From: Verrucomicrobiia bacterium
Lineage (GTDB): Bacteria; Patescibacteriota; Saccharimonadia; Saccharimonadales; JAGQNK01
Assembly: GCA_035489575.1 (NCBI GenBank)
Contig: DATHJY010000013.1
Span: forward strand, 283,346-347,345
Length of the DNA stretch: 64,000 bases
Direction of reading: 5' to 3'
The translations under genes and the position numbers were made by a program. The stretch's first letter is position 1, and each line of letters begins with the position of its first letter. Below are positions 63,414 through 64,000 of the stretch, piece by piece. Under the pieces are notes generated by a model. That model saw only the letters and a program-made list of their open reading frames with translations. It did not search any database and had not been told where the DNA came from.

Positions 63414-64000
63414 ATGTATTCTAGGTGGTTCCATTTAAAAGAAGAGGCGGTAGCCTTACGAGAAACTGGCATGTCCATCACTGTTATAGAGCGCAGATTA
63501 GGTATCCCTCGCTCCACGCTATCCGGATGGTTCAAGAATATACAGCTCACCGAAGATCAGCGACTTAGCCTGATGAAAAGTAAGCAAGATGGCTGGGCAA
63601 AGGCTCGCATAAAAGCAGTTGAATCACACAAAGCCCAAAAAACGCTCCGATTACTTGAAGCCAAAAGACAGGCAGAAAAAACTTTAGCCCATATCGATAT
63701 AACTGATGGAGCAATCCTGGATCTAGCATTTGCCATGCTCTATTTGGGTGAAGGCAGCAAAAATGGCACAACTTCCATTGCCAGCTCTGACCCAAGAATA
63801 CTTAGGTTTGTTTTGGCAGTACTAAGAAAAAACTACGGTGTCAATTCGGGTATGGTTAAGTGCGAGCTTCACTTACGCGCCGACCAAGGCGCTGAGGAGT
63901 TAAAACAATACTGGTCGTCAGTGCTAAATGTTCCCCTGAGTAATTTTAGAAAAGCCTACTTTGATCAACGCTCAGCCGGCAGACCAACGTACGACAGGTA
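63414..64000 (+). CDS. Partial CDS: N-terminal HTH plus a LAGLIDADG-like motif (runs off the right edge, so absent from the ORF track)
   Basis: Hand translation from the ATG at 63414: MYSRWFHLKEEAVALRETGMSITVIERRLGIPRSTLSGWFKN (HTH) ... ILDLAFAMLYLGEGSKNGTTSIASSDPRILRFVLAVLRKNYG ... The frame stays open to 64000. An in-frame ATG at 63378 is an alternative start. Confidence 0.6.
   Translation, partial: MYSRWFHLKEEAVALRETGMSITVIERRLGIPRSTLSGWFKNIQLTEDQRLSLMKSKQDGWAKARIKAVESHKAQKTLRLLEAKRQAEKTLAHIDITDGAILDLAFAMLYLGEGSKNGTTSIASSDPRILRFVLAVLRKNYGVNSGMVKCELHLRADQGAEELKQYWSSVLNVPLSNFRKAYFDQRSAGRPTYDR

Noticed and set aside
63565-63795. A 76-aa minus-strand ORF from the track.
   Set aside because: It is antisense to the better-supported open-ended plus-strand CDS starting at 63414 (HTH plus LAGLIDADG-like). 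Its product is Leu/Cys/Phe-rich with no motif.

Overview
This 64-kb window looks like part of a small, gene-dense bacterial genome of the CPR/Patescibacteria type, most likely Saccharibacteria/TM7. That assignment is an inference from three things. The 16S gene has A911/U912 where E. coli has U911/C912. The housekeeping genes are compact. Giant anchored surface proteins are present. I ran no database search.

About 85% of the window is conventional core machinery:
- Translation and tRNA: rplU, ileS, rpsU, infB, rpsA, infC-rpmI-rplT, rpmB, thrS, def-fmt, map, queA, miaA.
- DNA and nucleotide metabolism: nrdR-nrdJ, gyrB-gyrA, priA, adk, a comM-like gene.
- Division: ftsA-ftsZ.
- RNA genes: one rRNA operon (16S, tRNA-Ile, tRNA-Ala, 23S, 5S, minus strand), RNase P RNA and tRNA-Pro(GGG).

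I found no CRISPR array, transposase, integrase or recognisable defence gene.

The parts the routine annotation does not explain are:
1. Positions 1-11443: two tandem giant N-terminally anchored Gly/Thr/Ala-rich fibre-like proteins, one partial (at least 1139 aa) and one of 2034 aa. Both are built from a recurring Cys-pair module and sit with two small membrane proteins.
2. Positions 46371-50523: a three-gene operon of a 4-TM protein, a 143-aa protein and a 1031-aa membrane-anchored VirD4/TraD/HerA-like ATPase with a ~270-aa proline-rich tail. It follows a ~205-nt structured leader and lies next to an LPXTG-like surface protein.
3. Positions 50283-51381: a 1.1-kb gene-free region with divergent promoters, an unexplained GC-rich paired core, and a promoter-to-terminator unit of ~167 nt.
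4. Two homologous short-Stem-I T-box leaders on ileS and thrS. Their aligned loop triplet is AUC in one and ACC in the other.
5. Three insertions in 23S rRNA, including a helix-45 IVS-like element with a 15-bp perfect stem.
6. Smaller items: a 159-bp element with perfect 20-bp terminal inverted repeats, a decayed second tRNA-Pro copy with an 85-nt insertion at 37/38, and a PCD-RNase HI fusion.

Several ORF-track models needed start-codon corrections. Two open-ended CDSs at the window edges are missing from the track.
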